NCBI GenBank assembly: GCA_963727775.1
Contig: CAVSHB010000003.1
Span: forward strand, 448,001 to 512,000
Direction: 5' to 3'
DNA: 64,000 nucleotides
Source: an uncultured Nitrospiraceae bacterium
GTDB taxonomy: Bacteria; Nitrospirota; Thermodesulfovibrionia; Thermodesulfovibrionales; SM23-35
Shown here: piece after piece, positions 39,042 through 49,047 of the stretch
Numbering within the stretch: the stretch's first letter is position 1
Layout: each line of letters begins with the position of its first letter
Position numbers and translations under genes: made by a program
Notes under the pieces: model-generated
Databases searched by the model: none
Seen by the model: only the letters and a program-made list of their open reading frames with translations
Told to the model about the DNA's origin: nothing

Positions 39042-39427
39042 GTCCCGGTGTTTTCGAGTTTAAGTTTGTTAAACGTTTTCAACTGCTCAATCAATAGTTC
39101 CTCTGAAATGGCCCCTATCTGGACCAGCGCCTCTCCAAAAAAAATGTACTTGTCTTCCTGTTCTTTCAAAAGTTCTTCCACCTGTTCTTTTGTCAGATAA
39201 TTTTCACGGATGGCAATCTCCCCGAATTTTTCAAATGTATCTTCTTGAATTATTAATATCCTTTGAATATCATCTTCTTTAATCCAGCTTTTGGCCTTCG
39301 CATGTTCTCCAATCCTGAGGTTGTTCTTCTTCTGAACAAATCTCGCCTTAAGGATATCCTGCTCGCGTATAAGTTTCTTTTCAAGAAGATACCCGCCTAA
39401 TTTCAGATACTTAAGTCGCCTGTTCAT
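39038..39427 (-). CDS. Stand-alone MshEN-like repeat protein
   Basis: Repeated (K/R)LGxxLxxxxxI...Q units. Confidence 0.65.
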   Translation of the reverse strand: MNRRLKYLKLGGYLLEKKLIREQDILKARFVQKKNNLRIGEHAKAKSWIKEDDIQRILIIQEDTFEKFGEIAIRENYLTKEQVEELLKEQEDKYIFFGEALVQIGAISEELLIEQLKTFNKLKLENTGT

Positions 39428-39527
39428 TAAACAAATATTACAAAAAGTTTGATACTTTGACAACTATAATAATAATTTACGATAAATATGCAGACTATAG
39501 CTTTGTTTTAAAAACCATTGCTTCCGG

Positions 39528-39693
39528 TTAGCCCACTTAATTCATGAAATTTGCGTGTGCCGACAGACACAGTATTTGCGCTCATTCTCGGCCCGGTACA
39601 AATCGGGCCTCCGAGGTAAATTCTTTCTTTGAAAGAATTTAAAGCCGCTTAAATACTGTATCTGTCAGCAATCTTATGAATAGTGCAGGTTAG
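39528..39693 (-). repeat. MITE-like element, copy 4
   Basis: Close reverse complement of copy 1, with TTAG flanks. Confidence 0.85.
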
Positions 39694-39738
39694 AGTACCT
39701 TGACAAACAATTCTTTTACTACCTATACTTTTTAAACA

Positions 39739-40446
39739 ATGGAAACGAGCGCGCATGAACTCCATGAACTTGCTATGCAGCTTTTCGAGGAAGGCAAATA
39801 TACCGAGGCTGAGACAATATTAAAAAATATAATCAGCACTAACCCAAGGTATGCTGATGTCCATAACAAACTCGGCATAATCTACAATTTTAAAGGCGAC
39901 CTTAGAAGGGCGTCCGAGTATTTTAAGAAGGCGCTTGAATTAAATCCTAACTATACAGAAGCGTCACTGAACCTTGCCATTACTTACAATGATATGGGTG
40001 AGTTTAAGAAGGCGCAGGAAGTGTTTTCCCGCGCGGCTCAGATAGCCCACCCAACCCCTACGGCTATCGACCCCTTTATTGCGGGCAAGATTGCGAATGA
40101 ACATTATAAGATCGGGAATATTTATCTCGATTTTGGAATGAATGACGAGGCAATAGAAGAATATAAAAAGGCTATTAAACTTTTCCCGCGACTTCCCGAT
40201 GTGCATACAAAGCTCGGAATTGCTTTGAGAAACAAAGGGCAAGTCGAAGACGCCATTGCCTATTTTACAAAAGCAAAAGAAATCAATCCTGATTACGGCC
40301 CTGCATGGGTACAGCTTGGTCTGAGCTATTACATGAAAGGGCTGACAGGGCTTGCTTTTGAAGAATGGGACAATGCTCTTAAAAAAAATCCAGGCTTAAA
40401 AGAAGCGAAAACATATCTGAGTCTTCTGAAAAAAGAGGCAAAGTAG
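39739..40446 (+). CDS. Tetratricopeptide repeat protein
   Basis: Repeated NP.YA..H..LG TPR units. Confidence 0.9.
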   Translation: METSAHELHELAMQLFEEGKYTEAETILKNIISTNPRYADVHNKLGIIYNFKGDLRRASEYFKKALELNPNYTEASLNLAITYNDMGEFKKAQEVFSRAAQIAHPTPTAIDPFIAGKIANEHYKIGNIYLDFGMNDEAIEEYKKAIKLFPRLPDVHTKLGIALRNKGQVEDAIAYFTKAKEINPDYGPAWVQLGLSYYMKGLTGLAFEEWDNALKKNPGLKEAKTYLSLLKKEAK

Positions 40447-40452
40447 TCTGCT

Positions 40453-41421
40453 GTGTCCCTCCTGCAAATAAGGGACCTTAACGTATCTTTCAGATCAGCT
40501 AACAAACCGATAAAAGTTGTTGCAAACCTTAATTTTGAAATAGCAAAAGCCCAGGTTTTTGGTCTTGTCGGTGAGAGCGGATGCGGGAAAAGTCTTACCG
40601 CGCTTTCCATTATGGGAATCCTTCCACACAATGCCTTCGCAGAGGGTGAGATAATCTTCAAAGAGAATAACCTTTTAAAGTTTGATGACGAATCTATGAG
40701 AAGACTCAGGGGGAAAGAGCTCTCGATGATATTTCAGGAACCTATGACTTCATTGAATCCTGTGCTTACAGTCGGGTATCAGGTAGCAGAGGTCCTTACT
40801 ACTCACCTCAAGCTCTCAAAGAAAGATGCAATAGCACAGACCATTGAACTCTTAAGAGCGGTCAAAATACCTTCACCCGAAGTCAGGATTAAGGAATACC
40901 CGCACCAGATGTCGGGAGGCATGAGGCAGCGGATTATGATCGCCATGGCAATTGCCTGCAACCCCTCATTGCTTATTGCCGATGAACCTACAACAGCGCT
41001 CGATGTTACGATCCAGGCACAGATACTTGATCTTCTCAACAGTATTCAAAGGCAAAGCAATATGGCCATCTTATTAATAACCCATGATATCGGTGTTATT
41101 GCCGAAAATGCGGATAAGGCTGCCGTCATGTATGCTGGAAGGATTATGGAAATATCAAAGGTCAAGGACCTTCTTGAGACACCGAAGCACCCTTATACCG
41201 TGGGACTTTTGGAATCCCTGCCGAAGCAAAAAGGTATCCCGTTAAAGCCTATTCCCGGCTATGTGCCAAGGCCGGACCGGCTCCCGCCCGGCTGCAAATT
41301 TTCCGACAGATGCCGATATATGATTCCTGAATGTCAGCAAGAAGAACCTCTTCTAAGAGAAATTATACAAGGTCAATTTGCACGGTGCATAAGGTCGGAG
41401 GAGATTGATGGGCATTATTGA
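40453..41421 (+). CDS. Oligopeptide/dipeptide ABC ATPase (OppD/DppD)
   Basis: [16 protein letters not shown] and DEPTTALD. Confidence 0.92.
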   Translation: MSLLQIRDLNVSFRSANKPIKVVANLNFEIAKAQVFGLVGESGCGKSLTALSIMGILPHNAFAEGEIIFKENNLLKFDDESMRRLRGKELSMIFQEPMTSLNPVLTVGYQVAEVLTTHLKLSKKDAIAQTIELLRAVKIPSPEVRIKEYPHQMSGGMRQRIMIAMAIACNPSLLIADEPTTALDVTIQAQILDLLNSIQRQSNMAILLITHDIGVIAENADKAAVMYAGRIMEISKVKDLLETPKHPYTVGLLESLPKQKGIPLKPIPGYVPRPDRLPPGCKFSDRCRYMIPECQQEEPLLREIIQGQFARCIRSEEIDGHY

Positions 41422-42358
41422 AGTAGTAGATCTCAAAAAATACTTTCCGGTTAAAAAGGGAATATTTGCCGGGCATGAATGGTTAAAGGCAGTAGACGGC
41501 GTAAGTTTTTCTATCAATGACGGAGCAGTATTTGCCCTGGTCGGCGAAAGCGGTTCCGGAAAATCGACTGTTGCCAGACTGATTTTAAAATTAATCCCAC
41601 CCACATCAGGGCAGATACTCTTTCAGGATACCGATATCCAGGCGTTTAAAAAGGAATCGCTCAGGGACTTCAGAAAATCAGTGCAGATAATATTTCAGGA
41701 CCCATTTGCATCATTAAACCCGAGGATGACGGTATTTGATACGATATCGGAGCCATTAAAAATACATAAGATTGTTAAGAAGTCCGAGCTTAAAGACAAG
41801 GTCATCAGCCTTCTTGGCAGCGTAGGGCTTCAGGCGGATATACTGAACCGCTATCCTCACGAATTCAGCGGAGGCCAGAGACAGAGGATATGTATTGCAA
41901 GGGCACTTGCAGTCTCCCCCAAAGTGATTGTAGCGGATGAGCCGCTCTCTGCGCTGGATGTATCCATACAGGCGCAGATATTGAATATTCTTCAGGGACT
42001 CCAGAGACAGTCGGATATCTCATTCCTGTTCATAAGCCATGATTTGAGAGTGGTCCAATACTTCAGTGATGAAGTTGCAGTCATGTATCTCGGAAAGATA
42101 GTCGAACATGCAAAGACGGATAACCTCTTTAGTAACCCTTTGCATCCTTACACTATTGAGCTGCTCTCCTCCGCTCCCAAGATAAAACCTGACGGTAAGA
42201 AGAGAGAGGTCCTTAAAGGTGATGTGCCGAGTCCTATAGATATTCCGCCTGGATGTCCTTTCCACCCGAGATGCCCCAAAAGATTCGAGCCGTGCGATAA
42301 AATTGTACCTCAATTAAAAGAGATAAAAGACAGGCATGTATCATGCCATCTGTTCTAA
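41408..42358 (+). CDS. Oligopeptide/dipeptide ABC ATPase (OppF/DppF)
   Basis: GESGSGKS, FSGGQRQR and GCPFHPRC. Confidence 0.92.
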   Translation: MGIIEVVDLKKYFPVKKGIFAGHEWLKAVDGVSFSINDGAVFALVGESGSGKSTVARLILKLIPPTSGQILFQDTDIQAFKKESLRDFRKSVQIIFQDPFASLNPRMTVFDTISEPLKIHKIVKKSELKDKVISLLGSVGLQADILNRYPHEFSGGQRQRICIARALAVSPKVIVADEPLSALDVSIQAQILNILQGLQRQSDISFLFISHDLRVVQYFSDEVAVMYLGKIVEHAKTDNLFSNPLHPYTIELLSSAPKIKPDGKKREVLKGDVPSPIDIPPGCPFHPRCPKRFEPCDKIVPQLKEIKDRHVSCHLF

Positions 42359-43224
42359 AAGCTCTCCTCTTCCTCTGCTCCCCACAGACGCGGATCTATT
42401 GCATCCCTCAACCCCTCACCGAAAAGGTTATAGCTTAATACTGTTATCAGTATTGCAAGTCCCGGATAAAGAGAGAGCCACCATGCGATTTCTATATTAT
42501 CTTTGCCTAAGGTCAGAATATTTCCCCAGCTTGGAGTCGGAGGCTGAACGCCTATACCGAGAAAGCTCAATGCAGATTCAACAAGCACAGCGCCTGCTAT
42601 GCCAAGGACAGCGGAGACAAGCACCGGTGACATGCTGTTTATCATTATATGTTTAAAGATAATCCTAAAGTCACTTGCACCAATGGCTTTCGCAGCAAGG
42701 ACAAACTCTCTTTCTTTCAGGGATAAAAATTCAGCCCTTACCAGCCTTGCAACCCCCATCCAAGCAGTAAGGCCTATTACAATCATTATATTCCATATGC
42801 TCGGTCCGATGAAGGCAATAACTGCAAGGATAAGGAAAAAAGTCGGGATGGAGAGCATTATGTCTATGAACCTCATGATTATCCTGTCAAACCAGCCGCC
42901 GTAATATCCCGATATGGCTCCGAGGATCGTACCTATGATTGTCGCAATTCCGATAGCAACAAAACCTACTGCAAGGGATATCCTGGCGCCCCATATCATC
43001 CTACTCAAGACGTCCCTGCCCAGATCGTCCGTACCCATAAGATGATGTAATCCCGGAGGTTCAAGGACATGGTGCCTGTCTATGTCATCAGGATTGAAGG
43101 GAGAGATCAAAGGGGCACTCACCGCGACGATAAATAGTGTCAGAACGATGATTCCACCGATTACGGAAAGCTTATTCGTTCTGAGCCGCTTCCAGACAGG
43201 TTTTCTGATATTGTGATTTCTCAT
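42355..43224 (-). CDS. Peptide ABC permease (OppC/DppC)
   Basis: GTDDLGRDV, EAA-like loop and LSFLGIG..PSWG. Confidence 0.92.
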   Translation of the reverse strand: MRNHNIRKPVWKRLRTNKLSVIGGIIVLTLFIVAVSAPLISPFNPDDIDRHHVLEPPGLHHLMGTDDLGRDVLSRMIWGARISLAVGFVAIGIATIIGTILGAISGYYGGWFDRIIMRFIDIMLSIPTFFLILAVIAFIGPSIWNIMIVIGLTAWMGVARLVRAEFLSLKEREFVLAAKAIGASDFRIIFKHIMINSMSPVLVSAVLGIAGAVLVESALSFLGIGVQPPTPSWGNILTLGKDNIEIAWWLSLYPGLAILITVLSYNLFGEGLRDAIDPRLWGAEEEESF

Positions 43225-43227
43225 GAC

Positions 43228-44226
43228 CTACTTTGCCCTTATCCTGGGGTCCGCTATCATATAGCCTATATCCGCCATCAGGTTTCCAAGCAAAGTTGCG
43301 GCAGCGCCGATAGTCAAGATGCACATGACCATCGGATAATCCCTTGTCATAACACTCATGAAGAACAGCTGCCCCATTCCCGGTATCCCGAAGATGTTCT
43401 CAAAGATCACACTTCCGCCTATCAGACTCCCGATGCTGAGACCCATCAGAGTTATGATCGGAAGCAATGCGTTTCTGAACGCATGTTTGTAAATAACCGT
43501 TTTTTCCGGCAGGCCTTTTGCCCTGGCTACAGTAACATAATCCTGTCTGATAACCTCAAGCATGCTGCCTCGCATGAACCTCGAATCAGCGGCGAGCCCT
43601 GTGAATGCAGAGACAAAAATAGGAAGGACCAGGTGTTTGATCAGGTCCCAGATTTTACCGGACAAAGTAAGTGAATCGAAATTCATGGACTTAAGCTGGG
43701 ATATCGGCAGCAAGTGCAAGTGCACCCCGAATAAAATCATAAGGAGCAATGCAAGCCAGAATGACGGCGTGGCAAAGCCGATGAATACCCCTGTAGTCGT
43801 TATCTTGTCATACAAAGAATTCCGGTGGGTTGCAGAAAAAATCCCGAGCGGTATCGCAATGGCAAGAATGACTACCATAGAAAGCAGATTTATCATAAAG
43901 GTGATAAAGAGCCTCCTTTCTATCAAAGGCCTTTTTTCATCCCATATCTTCTGGGTAACAGGTCTTCTGTCGGAAGAAAAGGAATCGCCAAAATCGAGCC
44001 TGACAACCCTTTTCAGCCACAAGCCGTACTGGATAATTATCGGTTTATCGAGCCCATAATATTTTTCGAGTTTCTCCCTTGCTTCGGGTGTAATCTTTGG
44101 ATTTAGTTCCGTGAATATGTCGGTTGGTTTACCGGGAGCGAGATGTATGATAAAGAACGAGATCAATGTAATACCGAATAGGGTGGGGATTATTTCAAGA
44201 AGGCGTTTGAACAGATAGGTCAGCAT
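43228..44226 (-). CDS. Peptide ABC permease (OppB/DppB)
   Basis: YGLDKP and [17 protein letters not shown]. Confidence 0.92.
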   Translation of the reverse strand: MLTYLFKRLLEIIPTLFGITLISFFIIHLAPGKPTDIFTELNPKITPEAREKLEKYYGLDKPIIIQYGLWLKRVVRLDFGDSFSSDRRPVTQKIWDEKRPLIERRLFITFMINLLSMVVILAIAIPLGIFSATHRNSLYDKITTTGVFIGFATPSFWLALLLMILFGVHLHLLPISQLKSMNFDSLTLSGKIWDLIKHLVLPIFVSAFTGLAADSRFMRGSMLEVIRQDYVTVARAKGLPEKTVIYKHAFRNALLPIITLMGLSIGSLIGGSVIFENIFGIPGMGQLFFMSVMTRDYPMVMCILTIGAAATLLGNLMADIGYMIADPRIRAK

Positions 44227-45867
44227 CTAAGGCTCCAATCTGTGCCGCTGTGAACCCTCAGGCACATACCATTTTGGAAGATTATATGTTATTCCTATAG
44301 GTGAAGGAATGATACCCCTGAACCTTGCATGCACGATCGGTGTTGCATCCGGCACGTATAAAAAGATATAAGGCAGATCTTCCGAGAGTATTTCCTGTAT
44401 CCTGAAGTATGCCTTTTTCCTTTCTCCAATATCGAACGTCCGCCGGCCTTTTTCAAGAAGCTCATCAACTTCCGGGTTCTTATAACTAACGAAATTGAAT
44501 TCCTTTTCCCTTGTCTTGCTTGAATGCCAGATGTCATATTGGTCAGGGTCAAGGCCTATGCTCCAGCCGAGCAGTACAGCCTCAAACCGCCGCTTATCTA
44601 TAAATTCATTAATAAACGTGGACCATTCAAGCGCCTTTATCTCGACTTTTATTCCTATATGTGCGAGCCTCCATTGGATGATGGTTGCGGTATTCATCCT
44701 GAGTTTGTTTCCCATATTTGTGAGGATGGTAAATCTGAATGGCCTTCCGTCTTTGTCCAGTATGCCATCGCCGTCGGTATCCTCCCACCCCGCCTCTTTA
44801 AGGAGCTGTTTTGCTTTCTCAACATCGTAATCATATTTTTTTACGTTCGGATTGTAAGGCCATGTGTTGGGGACATAAGGTCCTGTGGCCGGATTCCCAA
44901 GTCCGAAAAGAACTACATCTATGATCTCCCTTTTGTCGATCGCGTAAGCTATTGCCTGCCTTACACGCTTGTCTTTAAAAAATGGATGTTTTAGATTAAA
45001 GCCCATGTAAGTATAGGCGAATTGAGGATAACGATATTTATGGAAGTTTGTTCTGAAAAAGTCGTTCTCTGTCTGTTTTGTATACTGGATAGGTGTCAAT
45101 CCCATCATGTCGATCCCGCCTGTCCGGAGTTCGAGGAACATGGTAGCAGGGTCAGGGATAATCCTGTAAATAAATTGATCGATATAAGGTCTTCCCTCGA
45201 AATACTCCTTGTTTGATTTAAGTACCAGTTCCTGGCCGGGGACCCATTTGTCGAGCTTATAAGGCCCCATTCCCACGGGATTTCTTGTAAGGTCGCTCTT
45301 TGTTATATCTTTGCCTTCAAGGAGATGTTTTGGAAGAATGACTAAGCTTGAAGCCCATGAAGAGAGTGCAGGAGCAAAGGTCTTTTCGTAAGTAACTCTG
45401 AAAGTATATCTGTCAATAACCTCTGCCTTTTTGACCTGTTTGAAATCTTCACTGTATGCAGTAGGAGTCTTTTCATCAATAATGGTTTTATAGCCGAACA
45501 TCACGTCGTCAGCCGTAAACTCGACCCCGTCAGTCCATTTCACCCCCTTTTTAAGGTGGAAGGTGATGACAAGACCGTCTTTTGATATATCCCAGGATTC
45601 GGCGAGGTCACCAATAATGCTTAGGTCGGTGTCATACTTCACGAGACCATTAAAAACAAGTCCTGCAATCTCATGGGATGACTGATCTCCTGCAAGCATC
45701 GGGATAAGAACGCTTGGCTCCCCGATAGACCCTTCTATCAGTGCATCGCCGTACGCAGGTTCCTTATCTCCTCCCAGCATGGTTTGAACAGTTGTTGCGG
45801 GCTGGTTCTTACATCCTGAAATGCAGAAGACAATTAAACTAATTATATAAAGAAAAACGTTTTTCAT
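44227..45867 (-). CDS. Peptide ABC substrate-binding lipoprotein (family 5)
   Basis: Lipobox ISGC, LAESW and FTADDV. Confidence 0.92.
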   Translation of the reverse strand: MKNVFLYIISLIVFCISGCKNQPATTVQTMLGGDKEPAYGDALIEGSIGEPSVLIPMLAGDQSSHEIAGLVFNGLVKYDTDLSIIGDLAESWDISKDGLVITFHLKKGVKWTDGVEFTADDVMFGYKTIIDEKTPTAYSEDFKQVKKAEVIDRYTFRVTYEKTFAPALSSWASSLVILPKHLLEGKDITKSDLTRNPVGMGPYKLDKWVPGQELVLKSNKEYFEGRPYIDQFIYRIIPDPATMFLELRTGGIDMMGLTPIQYTKQTENDFFRTNFHKYRYPQFAYTYMGFNLKHPFFKDKRVRQAIAYAIDKREIIDVVLFGLGNPATGPYVPNTWPYNPNVKKYDYDVEKAKQLLKEAGWEDTDGDGILDKDGRPFRFTILTNMGNKLRMNTATIIQWRLAHIGIKVEIKALEWSTFINEFIDKRRFEAVLLGWSIGLDPDQYDIWHSSKTREKEFNFVSYKNPEVDELLEKGRRTFDIGERKKAYFRIQEILSEDLPYIFLYVPDATPIVHARFRGIIPSPIGITYNLPKWYVPEGSQRHRLEP

Positions 45868-45898
45868 TTTTAAGAATACTTCAAATAATTCTCATTAG

Positions 45899-48682
45899 TT
45901 AATAAGCGCCAACGAAATTTTTTTTCAAATACTTCCCTGTATACGACTTATCGATATTGATGATTTCTTCCGGCATGCCTGCGAAGATGACTTCTCCGCC
46001 CCTGTCCCCGCCTTCCGGACCCAAATCGATGATCCAGTCCGCAGCCCTTATAACATCGAGATTGTGCTCGATAATGAGGACGGTGTTCCCTGCATCGACC
46101 AATCGCTGAAGGACATCAAGCAATGCCTTAATATCCCTAAAATGCAGGCCGATAGTCGGCTCATCAAGAATATACAAAAAACCCTTATTGCTCGCTCCCG
46201 CCTTCCCCCTACTCGCCGGGGATGAAGGAGGATTCGCCATCTCAGCGCATATCTTCAGCCTCTGTGCCTCTCCCCCTGACAAAGTCGTTGCAGGCTGACC
46301 GACCTTTAGATAGCCGAGGCCGACCTCTCTCATTAATGAAAATTTATTTTTAATTTTGGGACTGTCGTGAAACAGTTCAAAGGCTTCGTCTATCGTCATG
46401 TTTAAAATCTCATCGATATTTTTGCCGCGATAGCTGACCCTCAAGGCCTCCGGTTTATATCTCTGTCCATTACACTCTTCACATTTTACATAAAGGTCTT
46501 CAAAAAAATACATTTCCATCCTCTCATACCCTGCGCCTTTGCATGTTTCGCACCTGCCGCCCGGGACGTTAAAAGAGAAGAAGCCGGGCTTATACCGGTG
46601 GGCTCTTGCTTCCGTCTGTTCGGAGAATATTTTTCTGATCAAATCAAATATCTTTAAATAGGTTACCGGATTTGATCTGGGGCTTCGGCCTATCGGGGAC
46701 TGGGAGATGAGTTTAACGCCTTTTAAACTTTGCGAGCCTTCAATTTTCGTATATGGCAGAGGGAAATCGTGTTCTGTCTTAAACTCTCTGGCCAAAGCCC
46801 TGTAAAGTGTCTCTACAATAAGGCTGCTCTTGCCCGAGCCGGAGACCCCTGTGACTGTTGTCAATGTCTGCAAAGGAATATCAATATCTACAGATTTCAG
46901 GTTGTTTCCTGAAGCGCCGTAAAGCGTAAGCTTTTTGTTCATCTTTATTCTCTGCTCAGCGCTTACTGTTTTTAATGGGGGCTCTATTGTATCAATCCCT
47001 TTTATATAGCGCGAGGTGAGTGTGTCGGTTTCCAAAAACTCATCCTTCGGGCCTGAAAATACAATCTCTCCTCCCTGGTGTCCGCCTCCGGGTCCCAATT
47101 CAACTATCCAGTTAGCAGACTCAATAATGCTTCGGTCATGTTCAACAACAAGGACGGTATTCCCCAGTCTTGAAAGCTCTGCCATAATGTCTGCTATGAT
47201 TTCCGTGTCCCGGGCATGAAGTCCGACAGTCGGCTCATCGAGGACGTACAGAGTCCCTGTCAGGAATGAGGCGATCTGATTTGAGAGATTTACCCTTTGA
47301 TACTCACCACCCGAAAGTGTTCTCCCTTCCCGGCTCAGACTGAGATAATCAAGTCCGACTCTTTTCAGGAAAGCGAGTTTAAGGTCAATCTGCCTGAGGA
47401 CCTCTTTTGCCGTATCTCGTTGAAAAAGAGAGACATCAAGATCACGAAAAAACTTTATTATTTCCGATACCGGCTTATTACAGAGCTCTGCAATGTTTAA
47501 TCCTGAAAGACGGTAAGCCAAAGATTCTTTGCTCAGTCTTTGCCCGCCGCATTGAGGGCAGGTTACCGGCCTCCTGTATCTGCTGAGAAATACCCTTACA
47601 TGGAGTTTATATCTCCTGCCTTCCATATCTTCAAAAAAATCGTCAATTCCATAAAAGCCCTTACGTCCCTTAAAGAGTAAGGCCTTCTCTTCTTCATCAA
47701 ACTCAGAATAAGGTTTATCAATATCAAGCCCCTTTTTTCCGGCGCTTTTAACAAGCTGCTTCTTCCACCACCTGTACGCAGGTTTGTTCCATGGATCTAC
47801 TGCGCCATCCGACAAAGAAAGACTTTTATCAGGGATAATCAAATCCTCATCATACCTCAGGATGTTGCCGAACCCTTTGCATTCAGGACAGGCGCCGACA
47901 GGATGGTTGAAAGAAAAAAGGAGAGGATACGGCTTCTGCAACTCTATGTTGCAATCATCGCAGGCATTCCTTGATGAAAAAGAAAGGATCGTGTGCCCTC
48001 TGTCTTCTATGAGAATGACCTTTGCCTTTCCGTTCCCTTCCCTCCACGCCATCTCTATCGAGTCTGATAATCTCGGATCATCTCTTAGTACAAGCCTGTC
48101 AAGGACGATATTGAGGGATGAAGGCTGAGGGGTGAGGGATGAAAGGTCGAGCACTTCGCCATTATGCCATATCCGGTAAAAACCTCTTTTTTTCAATTCA
48201 TCAACCGGCTCATGGGTCTCAAAGACGATGATCACTTTTTTACCGGGATGGTTCTCAAGAAGTTCAGAAACAACCTGCGAGGGGTCCCATATCCTAATCT
48301 CCTTTCCACAGACCGGACAGAAAGGGGCGGCGATCTTCGAATACAGGAGCCTGAAAAGGTCATACAGTTCCGTTAATGTGCCGACCGTAGACCGGGAGCC
48401 GCGTACCGGGTTTTTCTGTTCAAGGGCTATAGCCGGCCTGATGTTATGAATTTCGTCAACATCGGGCCTGTCGAGTTTTTCGAGAAACAGCCTTGCATAG
48501 GTTGATAACGACTCAATGAATCTCCACTGGCCCTCAGCGAAGACAGTATCAAAGGCCAGAGAGGATTTTCCCGAACCTGATACTCCTGTGATCGCTATTA
48601 CCTTGTTATGGGGCAAGGTGAGATTAATGTTCTTAAGGTTATTCTGCCTGGCCCCGATAATGATCAGATCTTTAGTGGACAT
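45899..48682 (-). CDS. uvrA: Excinuclease ABC subunit A homologue
   Basis: Two GVSGSGKSS motifs, zinc fingers and two LSGGE motifs; may be a second (UvrA2-like) copy. Confidence 0.9.
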   Translation of the reverse strand: MSTKDLIIIGARQNNLKNINLTLPHNKVIAITGVSGSGKSSLAFDTVFAEGQWRFIESLSTYARLFLEKLDRPDVDEIHNIRPAIALEQKNPVRGSRSTVGTLTELYDLFRLLYSKIAAPFCPVCGKEIRIWDPSQVVSELLENHPGKKVIIVFETHEPVDELKKRGFYRIWHNGEVLDLSSLTPQPSSLNIVLDRLVLRDDPRLSDSIEMAWREGNGKAKVILIEDRGHTILSFSSRNACDDCNIELQKPYPLLFSFNHPVGACPECKGFGNILRYDEDLIIPDKSLSLSDGAVDPWNKPAYRWWKKQLVKSAGKKGLDIDKPYSEFDEEEKALLFKGRKGFYGIDDFFEDMEGRRYKLHVRVFLSRYRRPVTCPQCGGQRLSKESLAYRLSGLNIAELCNKPVSEIIKFFRDLDVSLFQRDTAKEVLRQIDLKLAFLKRVGLDYLSLSREGRTLSGGEYQRVNLSNQIASFLTGTLYVLDEPTVGLHARDTEIIADIMAELSRLGNTVLVVEHDRSIIESANWIVELGPGGGHQGGEIVFSGPKDEFLETDTLTSRYIKGIDTIEPPLKTVSAEQRIKMNKKLTLYGASGNNLKSVDIDIPLQTLTTVTGVSGSGKSSLIVETLYRALAREFKTEHDFPLPYTKIEGSQSLKGVKLISQSPIGRSPRSNPVTYLKIFDLIRKIFSEQTEARAHRYKPGFFSFNVPGGRCETCKGAGYERMEMYFFEDLYVKCEECNGQRYKPEALRVSYRGKNIDEILNMTIDEAFELFHDSPKIKNKFSLMREVGLGYLKVGQPATTLSGGEAQRLKICAEMANPPSSPASRGKAGASNKGFLYILDEPTIGLHFRDIKALLDVLQRLVDAGNTVLIIEHNLDVIRAADWIIDLGPEGGDRGGEVIFAGMPEEIINIDKSYTGKYLKKNFVGAY

Positions 48683-48870
48683 CCAGATATTTTAACACGT
48701 TTAAACAGCGCTGACGTGCAGTATGATCGCGGATGGGAACGGGGTTTGGATTAGGGAAATATGAAGTAACCCCTCCCAACCTCCCCTTAATCTAAGAGGA
48801 GGAGATAATTAAAAATTATGAAATGATAATCAAGTGCAGCGAGAAACTAATGAATGATAGTGAGGAGCGG

Positions 48871-49023
48871 TTAATAAACGTGTTTCCGATGTTTCACGGT
48901 GAGGACAAATGCAATATGTTTTGCAGCGTCAAGCTCATAGACAATGCGGTAATTACCGAGTCTCAGAGAGAACTCTCCTTTATGATTGCCGCCGAGTGGT
49001 TTTCCGCTCCTTGGGTTATGCTT
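48871..49023 (-). pseudogene. RelE/ParE toxin 3' fragment
   Basis: Reads NPRSGKPLGGNHKGEFSLRLGNYRIVYELD..VLTVKHRKHVY*; in-frame TAG upstream and no start codon. Confidence 0.7.
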
Positions 49024-49047
49024 CTACGCCCATAATTCATCACTCAT

